A stretch of 64,000 bases of DNA from Eledone cirrhosa (taxonomy: Eukaryota). Shown here in pieces: positions 25,201 to 40,200 of the stretch; within the stretch, counting starts at the first letter, position 1; each line of letters starts with the position of its first letter. The stretch is from contig OZ024741.1 of the NCBI GenBank assembly GCA_964016885.1, positions 405,480,001-405,544,000 on the forward strand. The letters are read 5' to 3'. Below the pieces are notes generated by a model. The model saw only the letters and a program-made list of their open reading frames with translations. It was not told the origin of the DNA and ran no database searches. The position numbers were made by a program, and so were the translations under genes.

Positions 25201-28200
25201 TACATTACAGTAGGGTACATTACAGTAGGTACATTACGGTAGCTAATTAATTTTGGTATATTACACTAGGGTACAATACAGTAGGTACATTACAATATGG
25301 TATATTACAGTAGGTACATTAGGTTAGGTACATTTCAGTAGGTACATTAGTTTAGGTATATTACAGTAGGTACATTACAGTAGGGTATATTAAAGTAGGT
25401 ACATTACAGTAGGTAATTAGGTTAGGTACATTACAGTAGGTACATTATAGTAGGGTACATTACAGTAGGTTCATTACTGTAGGGTATATTAGCTTAGGTA
25501 CATTACAGTAGGAATATTACAGTAGGTACATTAGGTTAGGTACATTACAGTAGATACATCACAGTAAGTACATTAGTTTTGGTATATTACAGTAGGGTAC
25601 ATTACAGTAGGTACATTACAGTAGCGTACATTACAGTAGATACATTAGGTTAGGTACATTACAGTAGGTACATTAGGTTAGGTACATTACAGTAGGTACA
25701 TTACAATAGGTACGTTACAGTAAATATATTAAAGTAGGATACATTACAGTAGGGTACATTACGTTAGGTACATTACAGTAGGTACATTATGTTAGGTACA
25801 TTACAATAGGTACGTTACAGTAGGGTACATTAAAGTAGGGTACATTAAAGTAGGTACATTACAGTAGGTAATTAGGTTAGGTACATTACAGTAGGTACAT
25901 TAGGTTAGGTACATTACAGTAGGTACATTAAAGTAGGGTACATTAAAGTAGGTACATTACAGTAGGTAATTATGTTAGGTACATTATAGTAGGTACATTA
26001 TAGTAGGGTACATTACAGTAGGTTCATTACTGTAGGGTATATTAGCTTAGGTACATTACAGTAGGAATATTACAGTAGGTACATTAGGTTAGGTACATTA
26101 CAGTAGATACATCACAGTAAGTACATTAGTCTTGGTATATTACAGTAGGGTACATTACAGTAGGTACATTACAGTAGCGTACATTACAGTAGGTACATTA
26201 GGTTAGGTACATTACAGTAGGTACATTAGGTTAGGTACATTACAGTAGGTACATTAGGTTAGGTACATTACAGTAGGTACATTACAATAGGTACGTTACA
26301 GTAAATATATTAAAGTAGGATACATTACAGTAGGGTACATTCCGTTAGGTACATTACAGTAGGTACATTATGTTAGGTACATTACAATAGGTACATTACA
26401 GTAGGTACATTGCGGTAGGTACATTACACAAGTGTACATTAGTTTGAGTACATTACAGTAGGTACATTAGGTTAGGTGCATTAGGATAGGTACATTACAG
26501 TAGGTACAGTACGTTATGTACATTACAGTAGGTACATTAGTTTAGGTACATTAGGTTAGGTACATTTCAGTAGGTACATTAGTTTAGGTATATTACAGTA
26601 GGTACATTACAGTAGGGTATATTAAAGTAGGTACATTACAGTAGGTAATTAGGTTAGGTACATTACAGTAGGTACATTATAGTAGGGTACATTACAGTAG
26701 GTTCATTACTGTAGGGAATATTAGCTTAGGTACATTACAGTAGGAATATTACAGTAGGTACATTAGGTTAGGTACATTACAGTAGATACATCACAGTAAG
26801 TACATTAGTTTTGGTATATTACAGTAGGGTACATTACAGTAGGTACATTACAGTAGCGTACATTACAGTAGATACATTAGGTTAGGTACATTACAGTAGG
26901 TACATTAGGTTAGGTACATTACAGTAGGTACATTACAATAGGTACGTTACAGTAAATATATTAAAGTAGGATACATTACAGTAGGGTACATTACGTTAGG
27001 TACATTACAGTAGGTACATTATGTTAGGTACATTACAATAGGTACATTACGGTAGGGTACATTAAAGTAGGGTACATTAAAGTAGGTACATTACAGTAGG
27101 TAATTAGGTTAGGTACATTACAGTAGGTACATTAGGTTAGGTACATTAGAGTAGGTACATTAAAGTAGGGTACATTAAAGTAGGTACATTACAGTAGGTA
27201 ATTAGGTTAGGTACATTATAGTAGGTACATTATAGTAGGGTACATTACAGTAGGTTCATTACTGTAGGGTATATTAGCTTAGGTACATTACAGTAGGAAT
27301 ATTACAGTAGGTACATTAGGTTAGGTACATTACAGTAGATACATCACAGTAAGTACATTAGTCTTGGTATATTACAGTAGGGTACATTACAGTAGGTACA
27401 TTACAGTAGCGTACATTACAGTAGGTACATTAGGTTAGGTACATTACAGTAGGTACATTAGGTTAGGTACATTACAGTAGGTACATTACAATAGGTACGT
27501 TACAGTAAATATATTAAAGTAGGATACATTACAGTAGGGTACATTCCGTTAGGTACATTACAGTAGGTACATTATGTTAGGTACATTACAATAGGTACAT
27601 TACAGTAGGTACATTGCGGTAGGTACATTACACAAGTGTACATTAGTTTGAGTACATTACAGTAGGTACATTAGGTTAGGTGCATTAGGATAGGTACATT
27701 ACAGTAGGTACAGTACGTTATGTACATTACAGTAGGTACATTAGTTTAGGTACATTAGGTTAGGTACATTTCAGTAGGTACATTAGTTTAGGTATATTAC
27801 AGTAGGTACATTACAGTAGGGTATATTAAAGTAGGTACATTACAGTAGGTAATTAGGTTAGGTACATTACAGTAGGTACATTATAGTAGGGTACATTACA
27901 GTAGGTTCATTACTGTAGGGAATATTAGCTTAGGTACATTACAGTAGGAATATTACAGTAGGTACATTAGGTTAGGTACATTACAGTAGATACATCACAG
28001 TAAGTACATTAGTTTTGGTATATTACAGTAGGGTACATTACAGTAGGTACATTACAGTAGCGTAAATTACAGTAGATACATTAGGTTAGGTACATTACAG
28101 TAGGTACATTAGGTTAGGTACATTACAGTAGGTACATTACAATAGGTACGTTACAGTAAATATATTAAAGTAGGATACATTACAGTAGGGTACATTACGT

Positions 28201-31200
28201 TAGGTACATTACAGTAGGTACATTATGTTAGGTACATTACAATAGGTACGTTACGGTAGGGTACATTAAAGTAGGGTACATTAAAGTAGGTACATTACAG
28301 TCGGTAATTAGGTTAGGTACATTACAGTAGGTACATTAGGTTAGGTACATTACAGTAGGTGCATTAAAGTAGGGTACATTAAAGTAGGTACATTACAGTA
28401 GGTAATTAGGTTAGGTACATTACAGTAGGTACATTATAGTAGGGTACATTACAGTAGGTACATTTTGTTAGGTACATTACAGTAAGTACATTATGTTAGG
28501 TACATTACAGTAGGTACATTACAGTAGGGTACATTAGGTTAGATACATTAGCTTAGATACATTACAGTAGGTATACATTATGGTAGGTACATTACAGTAG
28601 GTATACATTATGGTAGGTACATTACAGTAGGTACATTACAGTAGGTAATTAGGTTAGGTATATTACAGTAGGTACATTACAGTAAGGTACATTACAGGAG
28701 TTTCATTACCGTAGGGTATATTAGATTAGGTACATTACAGTAGGTACATCACAGTAAGTATATTAGGTTAGGTACATTACAGTAGGGTACATTACAGAAG
28801 GGTACATTACAGTAGGGTACATTACAGTAGGGGACATTACAGTAGGTACATTAGGTTAGGTACATTACAATAGGTACATTACAGTAGGGTACATTAGGTT
28901 AGGTACATTACAGTATGTACCCTACAGTAGGTACGTTACAGTAGATACTCTACAGTAGCGTACATTAGGTTAGGTACATTACAGTAGGGTACATTATATT
29001 AGGTACATTAGTGTAGGTACATTAGCTTAGGTACATTACAGTAGGTATATAACGATATGTACATTACAGGAGGGTACATTAGGTTAGGTACATTAGGTTA
29101 GGTACATTACAGTAGGTACATTAGAGTAGGGTATATTACAGTAGGGTACATTACAGTATGGTACATTAGGTTAGGTAGATTACAGTAGCTACATTAGGTT
29201 AGGTACATTACAGTAGGGTACATTAGGTTAGATAAATTAGCTTAGGTACACTACAGTAGGTACATTACAGTAGGTCTATTAGGTTAGATACATTACAGTA
29301 GGTGCATTACTGTAGGGTATATTAGCTTAGGTACATTACAGTACGTACATTACAGTAAGTACATTAGGTTAGGTACATTACAGTAGGTACATTAGGTTAG
29401 GTACATTACACTAGGTACGTCACACTAGGTACATTACAATAGGCTACATTACAGTAGGTACATTAGGTTAGGTACATTACAGCAGGTACCTCACAGTAAG
29501 TACATTACGTTAGGTACATTAGGTTAGATACATTACACTAGGGTACATTACAGTAGATACATTACAGTAGGTACATTAGGTTAGGTACATTACAGTAGGT
29601 ACATTACTGTAGATACATTATAGTAGCTACATTACAGTAGGTACATTACAGTAGGTGCATTACAGTAGGTTCATTACAGTAGGTTTATTAGGTTAGGTAC
29701 ATTACAGTAGGTACATTATAGTAGGTACATTACAGTAGGTACATTACAACAGGTACATCAGGTTAGGTATATTACAGTAGGTACATTACAGTAGGTACAT
29801 TACAGTAAGTTCATTGCAGTAGGGTACATTACAGAAGGGTACATAAGGTTAGGTACATTACAGTAGGTACATTACAGTAGGTACATTAGGTTAGGTACAT
29901 TACAGTAGGTACATTACAGTATGTACATTACAGTAGGTACATTAGGTTAGGTACAGTACAGTAGGGTACATTAGGTTAGGTACATTACAATAGGTACATT
30001 ACAGTAGGTACATTACAGTATGTACATTACAGTATGTACATTACAGTAGGTACATTAGGTTAGGTACATTACAGTAGGGTACATTCGGTTAGGTACATTA
30101 CAATAGGTACATTACAGTAGGTACATTAGGTTAGGTACATTACAGTAGGTACATTAGTTTAGGTACATTACAGTAGGTACACTACAGTAGGTACATTAGG
30201 TTTTGTACGTTACACTAGGGTACATTAGGTTAGGTACATTACAGTAGATACATCACAGTAAGTACATTAGTTTAGGTATATTACAGTAGGGTACATTACA
30301 GTAGGTACATTACAGTAGCGTACATTACAGTAGGTACATTAGGTTAGGTACATTACAGTAGGTACATTAGGTGAGGTACATTACAGTAGGTACATTAGGT
30401 TAGGTACATTACAGTAGGTACATTATGTTAGGTACATTACAGTAGGTACATTACAGTAGGGTACATTAGGTTAGATACATTAGCTTAGATACATTACAGT
30501 AGGTATACATGATGGTAGGTACATTACAGTAGGTATACATTATGGTAGGTCCATTACAGTAGGTAATTAGGTTAGGTATATTACAGTAGGGTACATTACA
30601 GTAGGGTACATTACAGTAGGGGAGATTACAGTAGGTACATTAGGTTGGGCACATTACAATAGGTACATTACAGTAGGGTACATTAGGTTAGTTACATAAC
30701 AGTAGGTACCCTACAGTAGAAACGTTACAGTAGATACTCTACAGTAGGGTACATTAGGTTAGGTACATTACAGTAGGGTACATTAGATTAGGTACATTGG
30801 TGTAGGTACATTAGCTTAGGTACATTACAGTAGGTATATAACGGTAGGTACATTACAGGAGGGTACATTAGGTTAGGTACATTAGAGTAGGTACTTTACA
30901 GTAGGGTACATTACAACAGGTATATTACAGTAGGGTATTTTGCAGTATGGTACATTAGGTTAGGTAGATTACAGTAGCTAGATTAGGTTAGGTACATTAC
31001 AGTAGGGTACATTAGGTTAGATAAATTAGCTTAGGTACATTACAGTAGGTACATTACAGTAGGTCTATTAGGTTAGGTACATTACAGTAGGTACATTACA
31101 GTAAGTACATTAGGTTAGGTACATTACAGTAGGTACATTAGGTTAGGTACATTACACTAGGTACGTTACACTAGGTACATTACAATAGGCTACATTACAG

Positions 31201-34200
31201 TAGGTACATTAGGTTAGGTACATTACAGCAGCTACCTCACAGTAAGTACATTAGGTTAGGTACATTAGGTTAGATACATTACATTAGGGTACATAACAGT
31301 AGATATATTACAGTAGGTACATTAGGTTAGGTACATTACAGTAGGTACATTACAGTAGGTACATTATAGTAGCTACATTACAGTAGGTACATTACAGTAG
31401 GTGCATTACAGTAGGTTCATTACAATAGGTATATTACAATAAGTTCATTGCAGTAGGATACATTACAGTAGGGTACATTTGGTTAGGTACATTACAGTAG
31501 GTACATTAGGTTAGGTACATTACAGTAGGTACATTACAGTATGTACATTACAGTAGGTACATTAGGTTAGGTACAGTACAGTAGGGTACATTAGGTTAGG
31601 TACATTACACTAGGTACATTACAGTAGGTACATTACAGTAGGTACATTACAGTATGTACATTACAGTAGGTACATTAGGTTAGGTACATTAAAGTAGGGT
31701 ACATTAGGTTAGGTACATTACAATAGGTACATTACAGTAGGTACATTAGTTTAGGTACATTACAGTAGGTACATTAGGTTAGGTACATTACAGTAGGTAC
31801 ACTACAGTAGGTACATTAGGTTAGGTACGTTACACTAGGGAACATTAGGTTAGGTACATTACAGTAGATACATCACAGTAAGTACATTAGTTTGGGTATA
31901 TTACAGTAGGGTACATTACAGTAGGTACATTACAGTAGCGTACATTACAGTAGGTACATTAGGTTAGGTACATTACAGTAGGTACATTACAGTAGGTACA
32001 TTAGTTTAGGTACATTACAGTAAATACTTTAGAGTAGGATACATTACAGTAGGGTACATTACAGTAAATACTTTAGAGTAGGATACATTACAGTAGGGCA
32101 CATTACGTTAAGTACATTACAGTAGGTACATTAGGTTAGGTACATTACAATAGGTACATTACAGTAGGTACATTGCGGTAGGTACATTACACAAGGGTAC
32201 ATTAGTTTAGGTACATTACAGTAGGTACATTATGTTAGGCACATTAGGTTAGGTACATTACAGTAGGTACATTAGGTTAGGTACATTACAATAGGTACAT
32301 TACAGTAGGTACAATGCGGTAGGTACATTACACTAGGGTCCATTAGTGTAGGTACATTACAGTAGGTACATTAGTTTAGGTACATTAGGTTAGGTACATT
32401 ACAGTAGGTATATTAGGTTAGGTACATTACAGTAGGTACATTACAGTAAGTACATTAGGTTAGATAAATTAGCTTAGGTACATTACAGTAGGTACATTAC
32501 AGTAGGTCTATTAGGTTAGGTACATTACAGTAGGTACATTACAGTAAGTACATTAGGTTAGGTACATTACAGTAGGTCCATTAGGTTAGGTACATTACAC
32601 TAGGTACGTTACACTAGGTACATTACAATAGGCTACATTACAGTAGGTACATTAGGTTAGGTACATTACAGCAGCTACCTCACAGTAAGTACATTAGGTT
32701 AGGTACATTAGGTTAGATACATTACATTAGGGTACATAACAGTAGATATATTACAGTAGGTACATTAGGTTAGGTACATTACAGTAGGTACATTACAGTA
32801 GGTACATTATAGTAGCTACATTACAGTAGGTACATTACAGTAGGTGCATTACAGTAGGTTCATTACAATAGGTATATTACAATAAGTTCATTGCAGTAGG
32901 ATACATTACAGTAGGGTACATTTGGTTAGGTACATTACAGTAGGTACATTAGGTTAGGTACATTACAGTAGGTACATTACAGTATGTACATTACAGTAGG
33001 TACATTACAGTATGTACATTACAGTAGGTACATTAGGTTAGGTACAGTAGGGTACATTAGGTTAGGTACATTACACTAGGTACATTACAGTAGGTACATT
33101 ACAGTAGGTACATTACAGTATGTACATTACAGTAGGTACATTAGGTTAGGTACATTAAAGTAGGGTACATTAGGTTAGGTACATTACAATAGGTACATTA
33201 CAGTAGGTACATTAGTTTAGGTACATTACAGTAGGTACATTAGGTTAGGTACATTACAGTAGGTACACTACAGTAGGTACATTAGGTTAGGTACGTTACA
33301 CTAGGGAACATTAGGTTAGGTACATTACAGTAGATATATCACAGTAAGTACATTTGTTTGGGTATATTACAGTAGGGTACATTACAGTAGGTACATTACA
33401 GTAGCGTACATTACAGTAGGTACATTAGGTTAGGTACATTACAGTAGGTACATTACAGTAGGTACATTAGTTTAGGTACATTACAGTAAATACTTTAGAG
33501 TAGGATACATTACAGTAGGGTACATTACAGTAAATACTTTAGAGTAGGATACATTACAGTAGGGCACATTACGTTAAGTACATTACAGTAGGTACATTAG
33601 GTTAGGTACATTACAATAGGTACATTACAGTAGGTACATTGCGGTAGGTACATTACACAAGGGTACATTAGTTTAGGTACATTACAGTAGGTACATTATG
33701 TTAGGCACATTAGGTTAGGTACATTACAGTAGGTACATTACGTTAGGTACATAACAATAGGTACATTACAGTGGGTACAATGCGGTAGGTACATTACACT
33801 AGGGTCCATTAGTGTAGGTACATTACAGTAGGTACATTAGTTTAGGTACATTAGGTTAGGTACATTACAGTAGGTATACTAGGTTAGGTACATTACAGTA
33901 GGGTACATTAGGTTAGATACATTAGCTTAGATACATTACAGTAAGTATACATTATGGTAGGTAGATTACAGTAGGTATACATTATGTTAGGTACATTACA
34001 ATAGGTACATTACAGTAGGTAATTAGGCTAGGTATATTACAGTAGGTACATTACAGTAGGGTACATTACAGTAGGTGCATTACAGTAGGTACATTACAGT
34101 AGGGTACATTAGGTTAGGTATATTACAGTAGGTACATCAGAGTAAGTATATTAGGTTAGGTACATTACAGTAGGGTACATTACAGTAGGGTACATTACAG

Positions 34201-37200
34201 TAGGTACATTAGGTTAGGTACATTACAACTGGTACATTACGGTAGGGTACATTAGGTTAGGTACATTACAGTAGGTACATTACAGTAGGTACATTATAGT
34301 AAATACTCTACAGTAGGGTACATTAGATTAGGTACATTACAGTAGGGTACATTAGGTTAGGTACATTAGAGTAGGTACATTACAATAGGTACATTACAAT
34401 AGGTACATTACAGTAGGTATATTAGGTTAGGTACATTACACTAGGTATATTAGGTTAGGTACATTACAGTAGGTACATTACAGTAGGGTACATTACAACA
34501 GGTAATTACAGTAGGTTACATTACACTGTGGTACATTAGGTTAGGTAGATTACAGTAGCTACATTAGGTTAGCTACATTACAGTAGGGTACATTAGGTTA
34601 GATACATTAGCTTAGGTAGATTACAGTAGGTACATTACAGTAGGTCTATTAGGTTAGATACATTTCAGTAGGTGCATTACTGTAGGGTATATTAGCTTAG
34701 GTACATTACAGTAGGTACATTACTGTAAGTACATTACAGTAGGTACATTAGGTTAGGTACATTACACTAGGTACATTACACTAGGTATATTACAATAGTG
34801 TACATTACAGTAGTGACATTAGGTTAGGTACATTACAGCAGCTACCTCACAGTAAGTACATTAGGTTAGGTACATTAGGTTAGATACATTACAGTAGGGT
34901 ACATTACAGTAGATAGATTACAGTAGGTACATTAGGTTAGGTACATTACAGTAGGAACATTTCAGTAGGTACATTATAGTAGCTACATTACAGTAGGTAC
35001 CTAACAGTAGGTGCATTACAATAGGTTCATTACAGTACGTATATTAGGTTAGGTAGATTACAGTAGGTACATTACAGTAGGTACATTACAGCAGGTACAT
35101 TAGGTTAGGTACATTACAGTAGGTACATTACAGTAGGTACATTACAGTAAGTTCATTGCAGTAGGGTACATTACAGTAGGGTACATTAGGTTAGGTACAT
35201 TACAGTAGGTACATTAGTTTAGGTACATTACAGTAGGTACATTAGGTTAGGTACATTACAGTAGGTACATTAAGTTAGGTACATTACACTAGGTACATTA
35301 CAGTATGTACATTACAGCAGGTACATTAGGTTAGGTACATTACAGTAGGGTACATTAGGTTAGGTACATTACAATAGGTACATTACAGTAGGTACATTTG
35401 GTTAGGTACATTACAGTAGGTACACTACAGTAGGTACATTAGGTTAGGTACGTTACAATAGGTACATTAGGTTAGGTTCATTACAGTAGGTACATACATT
35501 ACTGTAGGTACATTAAGTTAAGTAAATTATAGTAGGTATATTAGGTTAGGTACATTACAGTAGGTACATTACAGTAGGAACATTACAGTAGGTACATTAT
35601 AGTAGGGAACATTAGGTTAGGTATATTACAATAGGTACATTACAGTAGATACTTTACAGTAGTGTACATTAGGTTAGGTACATTACAGTAGGTACATTAC
35701 AGTAGATACATTACAGTAGGTACTTTACAGTAGGTACATTACAGTATGTACATTACAGTAGGTACATTAGGTTAGGTACATTACAGTAGGGTACATTAGG
35801 TTAGGTACATTGCATTAGGTACATTACAGTAGGTACATTACAGTAGGTACATTATAGTAGGGAACATTAGGTCAGGTACATTACAGTAGGTACATAACAG
35901 TAGATACTTTACAGTAGGATACATTAGGTTAGGTACATTACAGTAGGTACCTTACAGTAGATACATTACAGTAGGTACGATACAGTAGGTATATTACAGT
36001 AGGGTACATTAGGTTAGGTACATTACAGTAGGTAAACTACACTAGGTACATTAGGTTAGGTACGTTACAGTAGGTACATACATTACAGTAGGTACATTAG
36101 GTTAGGTACGTTACAGTAGGGTACATTAGGTTAGCTACATTATTGTAGGTACATTACAGTAGATATTTTACAGTAGGGTACATTAGGTTAGGTACATTAC
36201 AGTAGGTACATTACAGTAGATACATTACAGTAGGTACTTTACAGTAGGTACATTACAGTAGGGTACATTAGGTTAGGTACATTACAGTAGGTACATTACA
36301 GTAGATACTTTACGTAGGGTACATTAGGTTAGGTACATTACAGTAGGTACATTACAGTAGATACATTACAGTAGTTACTTTACAGTAGATACATTACAGT
36401 AAGGTACATTAGGTTAGGTACATTACAGAGGTACATTAGAGTAGGTACATTACAGTACGTACATTACAGTAGGTACATTACAGTAGGGTACATTACAGTA
36501 GGTACATTAGGTTAGGTACATTACAGTAGGAACATTACAGTAGGGTACATTATAGTAGGTACATTACAGTAGGTAATTAGGTTTGTTATATTACACTAGG
36601 GTACATTACAGTAGGTACATTACAATATGGTATATTACAGTAGGTACATTAGGTTAGGTACATTACAGTAGGTACATTAGTTTCGGTATATTACAGTAGG
36701 TACATTACAGTAGGGTACATTACAGTTGGTGCATTAGAGTAGGTACATTACAGTAGGTACATTAGTTTAGGTATATTACAGTAGGTACATTACAGTAGGT
36801 ACATTAGGTTAGGTACATTACAGTAGGTACATCACAGTAAGTATATTAGGTTAGGTACATTACAGTAGGTACATTAGGTTAGATTCATTACAGTAGGTAC
36901 ATACATTACAGTAGGTACATTAAGTTAGGTACATTATAGTATGTATATTAGGTTATGTACATTACAGTAGGTACGTTACAGTAGGTACATTATAGTAGGG
37001 AACATTAGATTAGGTACATTACAATAGGTACATTACAGTAGATACTTTACAGTAGGGTACATTACAGTAGGGTACATTACAGTAGGTACATTAGGTTAGG
37101 TACATTACCGTAGGTACACTACAGTAGGTACATTAGGTTAGGTACGTTACACTAGGTACATTAGGTTAGATTCATTACAGTAGGTACATACATTACAGTA

Positions 37201-40200
37201 GGTACATTAAGTTAGGTACATTATAGTAGGTATATTAGGTTATGTACATTACAGTAGGTACGTTACAGTAGGTACATTATAGTAGGGAACATTAGGTTAG
37301 GTACATTACAATAGGTACATTACAGCAGATACTTTACAGTAGGGTACATTAGGTTAGGTACATTAGAGTAGGTACATTACAGTAGGGTACATTACAGTAT
37401 GGTACATTAGGTTAGGTACATCACAGTAGGTACATTAGGTTAGGTACATTACAGTAGGGTACATTAGGTTAGATACATTAGCTTAGGTACATTACAGTAG
37501 GTACTTTAGGTTAGGTACATTACACTAGGTACATTGCACTAGGTACATTACAATAGGGTACATTACATTAGAAACATTACAGTAGGTACATTAGGTTAGG
37601 TACATTACAGCAGGTACCTCACAGTAAGGACATTAGGTTAGGTACATTAGGTTATATACATTACAGTAGGGTACATTACAGTAGGTACATTAGGTTAGGT
37701 ACATTACTGTAGGAACATTACAGTAGGTACATTATAGTAGCTACATTACAGTAGGTACATTATAGTAGGTGCATTACAGTAGGTTCATTACGGTAGGTAT
37801 ATTAGGTTAGGTACATTACAGTAGGTACATTACAGTAGGTACATTAGGTTAGGTACATTACAGTAGGTACATTAGAGTAGGTACATTACAGTAAGTTCAT
37901 TGCAGTAGGGTACATTACAGTAGGGTACATTAGGTTAGGTACATTATAGTAGGTACATTAGGTTAGGTACATTACAGTAGGAACATTACAGTATGTACAT
38001 TACAGTAGGTACATTAGGTTAGGTACATTACAGTAGGGTACATTAGGTTAGGTAAATTACAGTAGGTACATTAGGTAACGTACATTACAGTAGGTACACT
38101 ACAGTATGTACATTAGGTTAGGTACGTTACAGTAGGTACATACATTACAGTAGGTACATAAAGATAAGTACATTAAAGTAGGTATATTAGGTTAGCTACA
38201 TTACATTGGGTACATTACAGTAGGTACATTATAGTAGGGAACATTAGGTGAGGTATATTACAGTAGGTACATTACAGTAGATACTTTACAGTAGGGTACA
38301 TTAGGTTAGGTACATTACAGTAGGTACATTACGGTAGATACATTACAGTAGGTACATTACAATAGGTACATTACAGTAGGTTACATTAGGTTAGGTACAT
38401 TACAATAGGTACATTACAGTATGTACATTACAGTAGGTACATTAGGTTAGGTACATTACAGTTGGTACATTAGGTTAGGTACATTACAGTAGGTACACTA
38501 AAGTAGGTACATTAGGTTAGGTACATTACAGTAGGTACATACATTACAGTAGGTACATTACAATAGGGACATTACAGTAGATACTTTACAGTAGGGTACA
38601 TTACGTTAGGTACATTACAGTAGATATATTACTGTAGGTACTTTACAGTAGGTACATTACAGTAGGGTACATTAGGTTAGGTACATTACAGAGGTACATT
38701 AGAGTAGGGTACATTACAGTAGGTACATTAGGTTAGTTATATTACAGTAGGTACATTACAGTATGTACATTATGTTAGGTACATTACAGTATGTACATTA
38801 TATTAGGTACATTCCAGTAGGTACACTACATTAGGTACATTAGGTTAGGTACGTTACAGTAGGTACATTAAGTTAGGTTCATTACAGTAGGTACATACAT
38901 TACAGTAGGTACATTAAGTTAGGTACATTATCGTAGGTATATTAGGTTAGGTACATTACAGTAGGTACATTACAGTAGATATTTTAGAGTAGGGTACATT
39001 AGGTTAGATACATTACAGAAGGTACCTTACAGTTGATACATTACAGTAGGTACATTACAGTAGGTACATTATAGTGGGGAACATTAGGTCAGGTACATTA
39101 CAGTAGATACATTACAGTAGATACTTTACAGTAGGGTACATTAGGTTAGGTACATTACAGTAGGTACCTTACAGTAGATACATTACAGTAGGTACATTAC
39201 AGTAGGTATATTACAGTATGTACATTACAGTAGGTACATTATGTTAGGTACATTACAGTAGGTACATTAGGTTAGGTACATTACAGTAGGTAAACTACAG
39301 TAGGTACATTAGGTTAGGTATGTTACAGTAGGTACATACATTACAGTAGGTACATTAGGTTAGGTACGTTACAGGAGGGTACATTAGGTTAGATTCATTA
39401 CAGTAGGTACATACATTACAGTAGGTACATTAAGTTAGGTACATTATAGTAGGTATATTAGGTTATGTACATTACAGTAGGTACGTTACAGTAGGTACAT
39501 TATAGTAGGGAACATTAGGTTAGGTACATTACAATAGGTACATTACAGCAGATACTTTACAGTAGGGTACATTAGGTTAGGTACATTAGAGTAGGTACAT
39601 TACAGTAGATACATTACAGTAGGTACTTTACAGTAGGTGGATTACAGTAGGTACATTACAGTAGATACTTTACAATAGGGTACATTAAGTTAGGTACATT
39701 ACAGTAGGGTACATTAGGTTAGGTACATTAGTATAGGTACATTACAATAGGTATATCAAAGTAGGTACATTACAGTAGGTACATTAGTTTAGGTACATTA
39801 CACTAGGTACATTAGGTTAGGTACATTACACTAGGTACATTACAGTAGGTACATTACAGTAGGGTACATTACAGTATGGTACATTAGGTTAGGTACATCA
39901 CAGTAGGTACATTAGGTTAGGTACATTACAGTAGGGTACATTAGGTTAGATACATTAGCTTAGGTACATTACAGTAGGTACATTACAGTAGGTACTTTAG
40001 GTTAGGTACATTACACTAGGTACATTGCACTAGGTACATTACAATAGGGTACATTACATTAGAAACATTACAGTAGGTACATTAGGTTAGGTACATTACA
40101 GCAGGTACCTCACAGTAAGGACATTAGGTTAGGTACATTAGGTTATATACATTACAGTAGGGTACATTACAGTAGGTACATTAGGTTAGGTACATTACTG

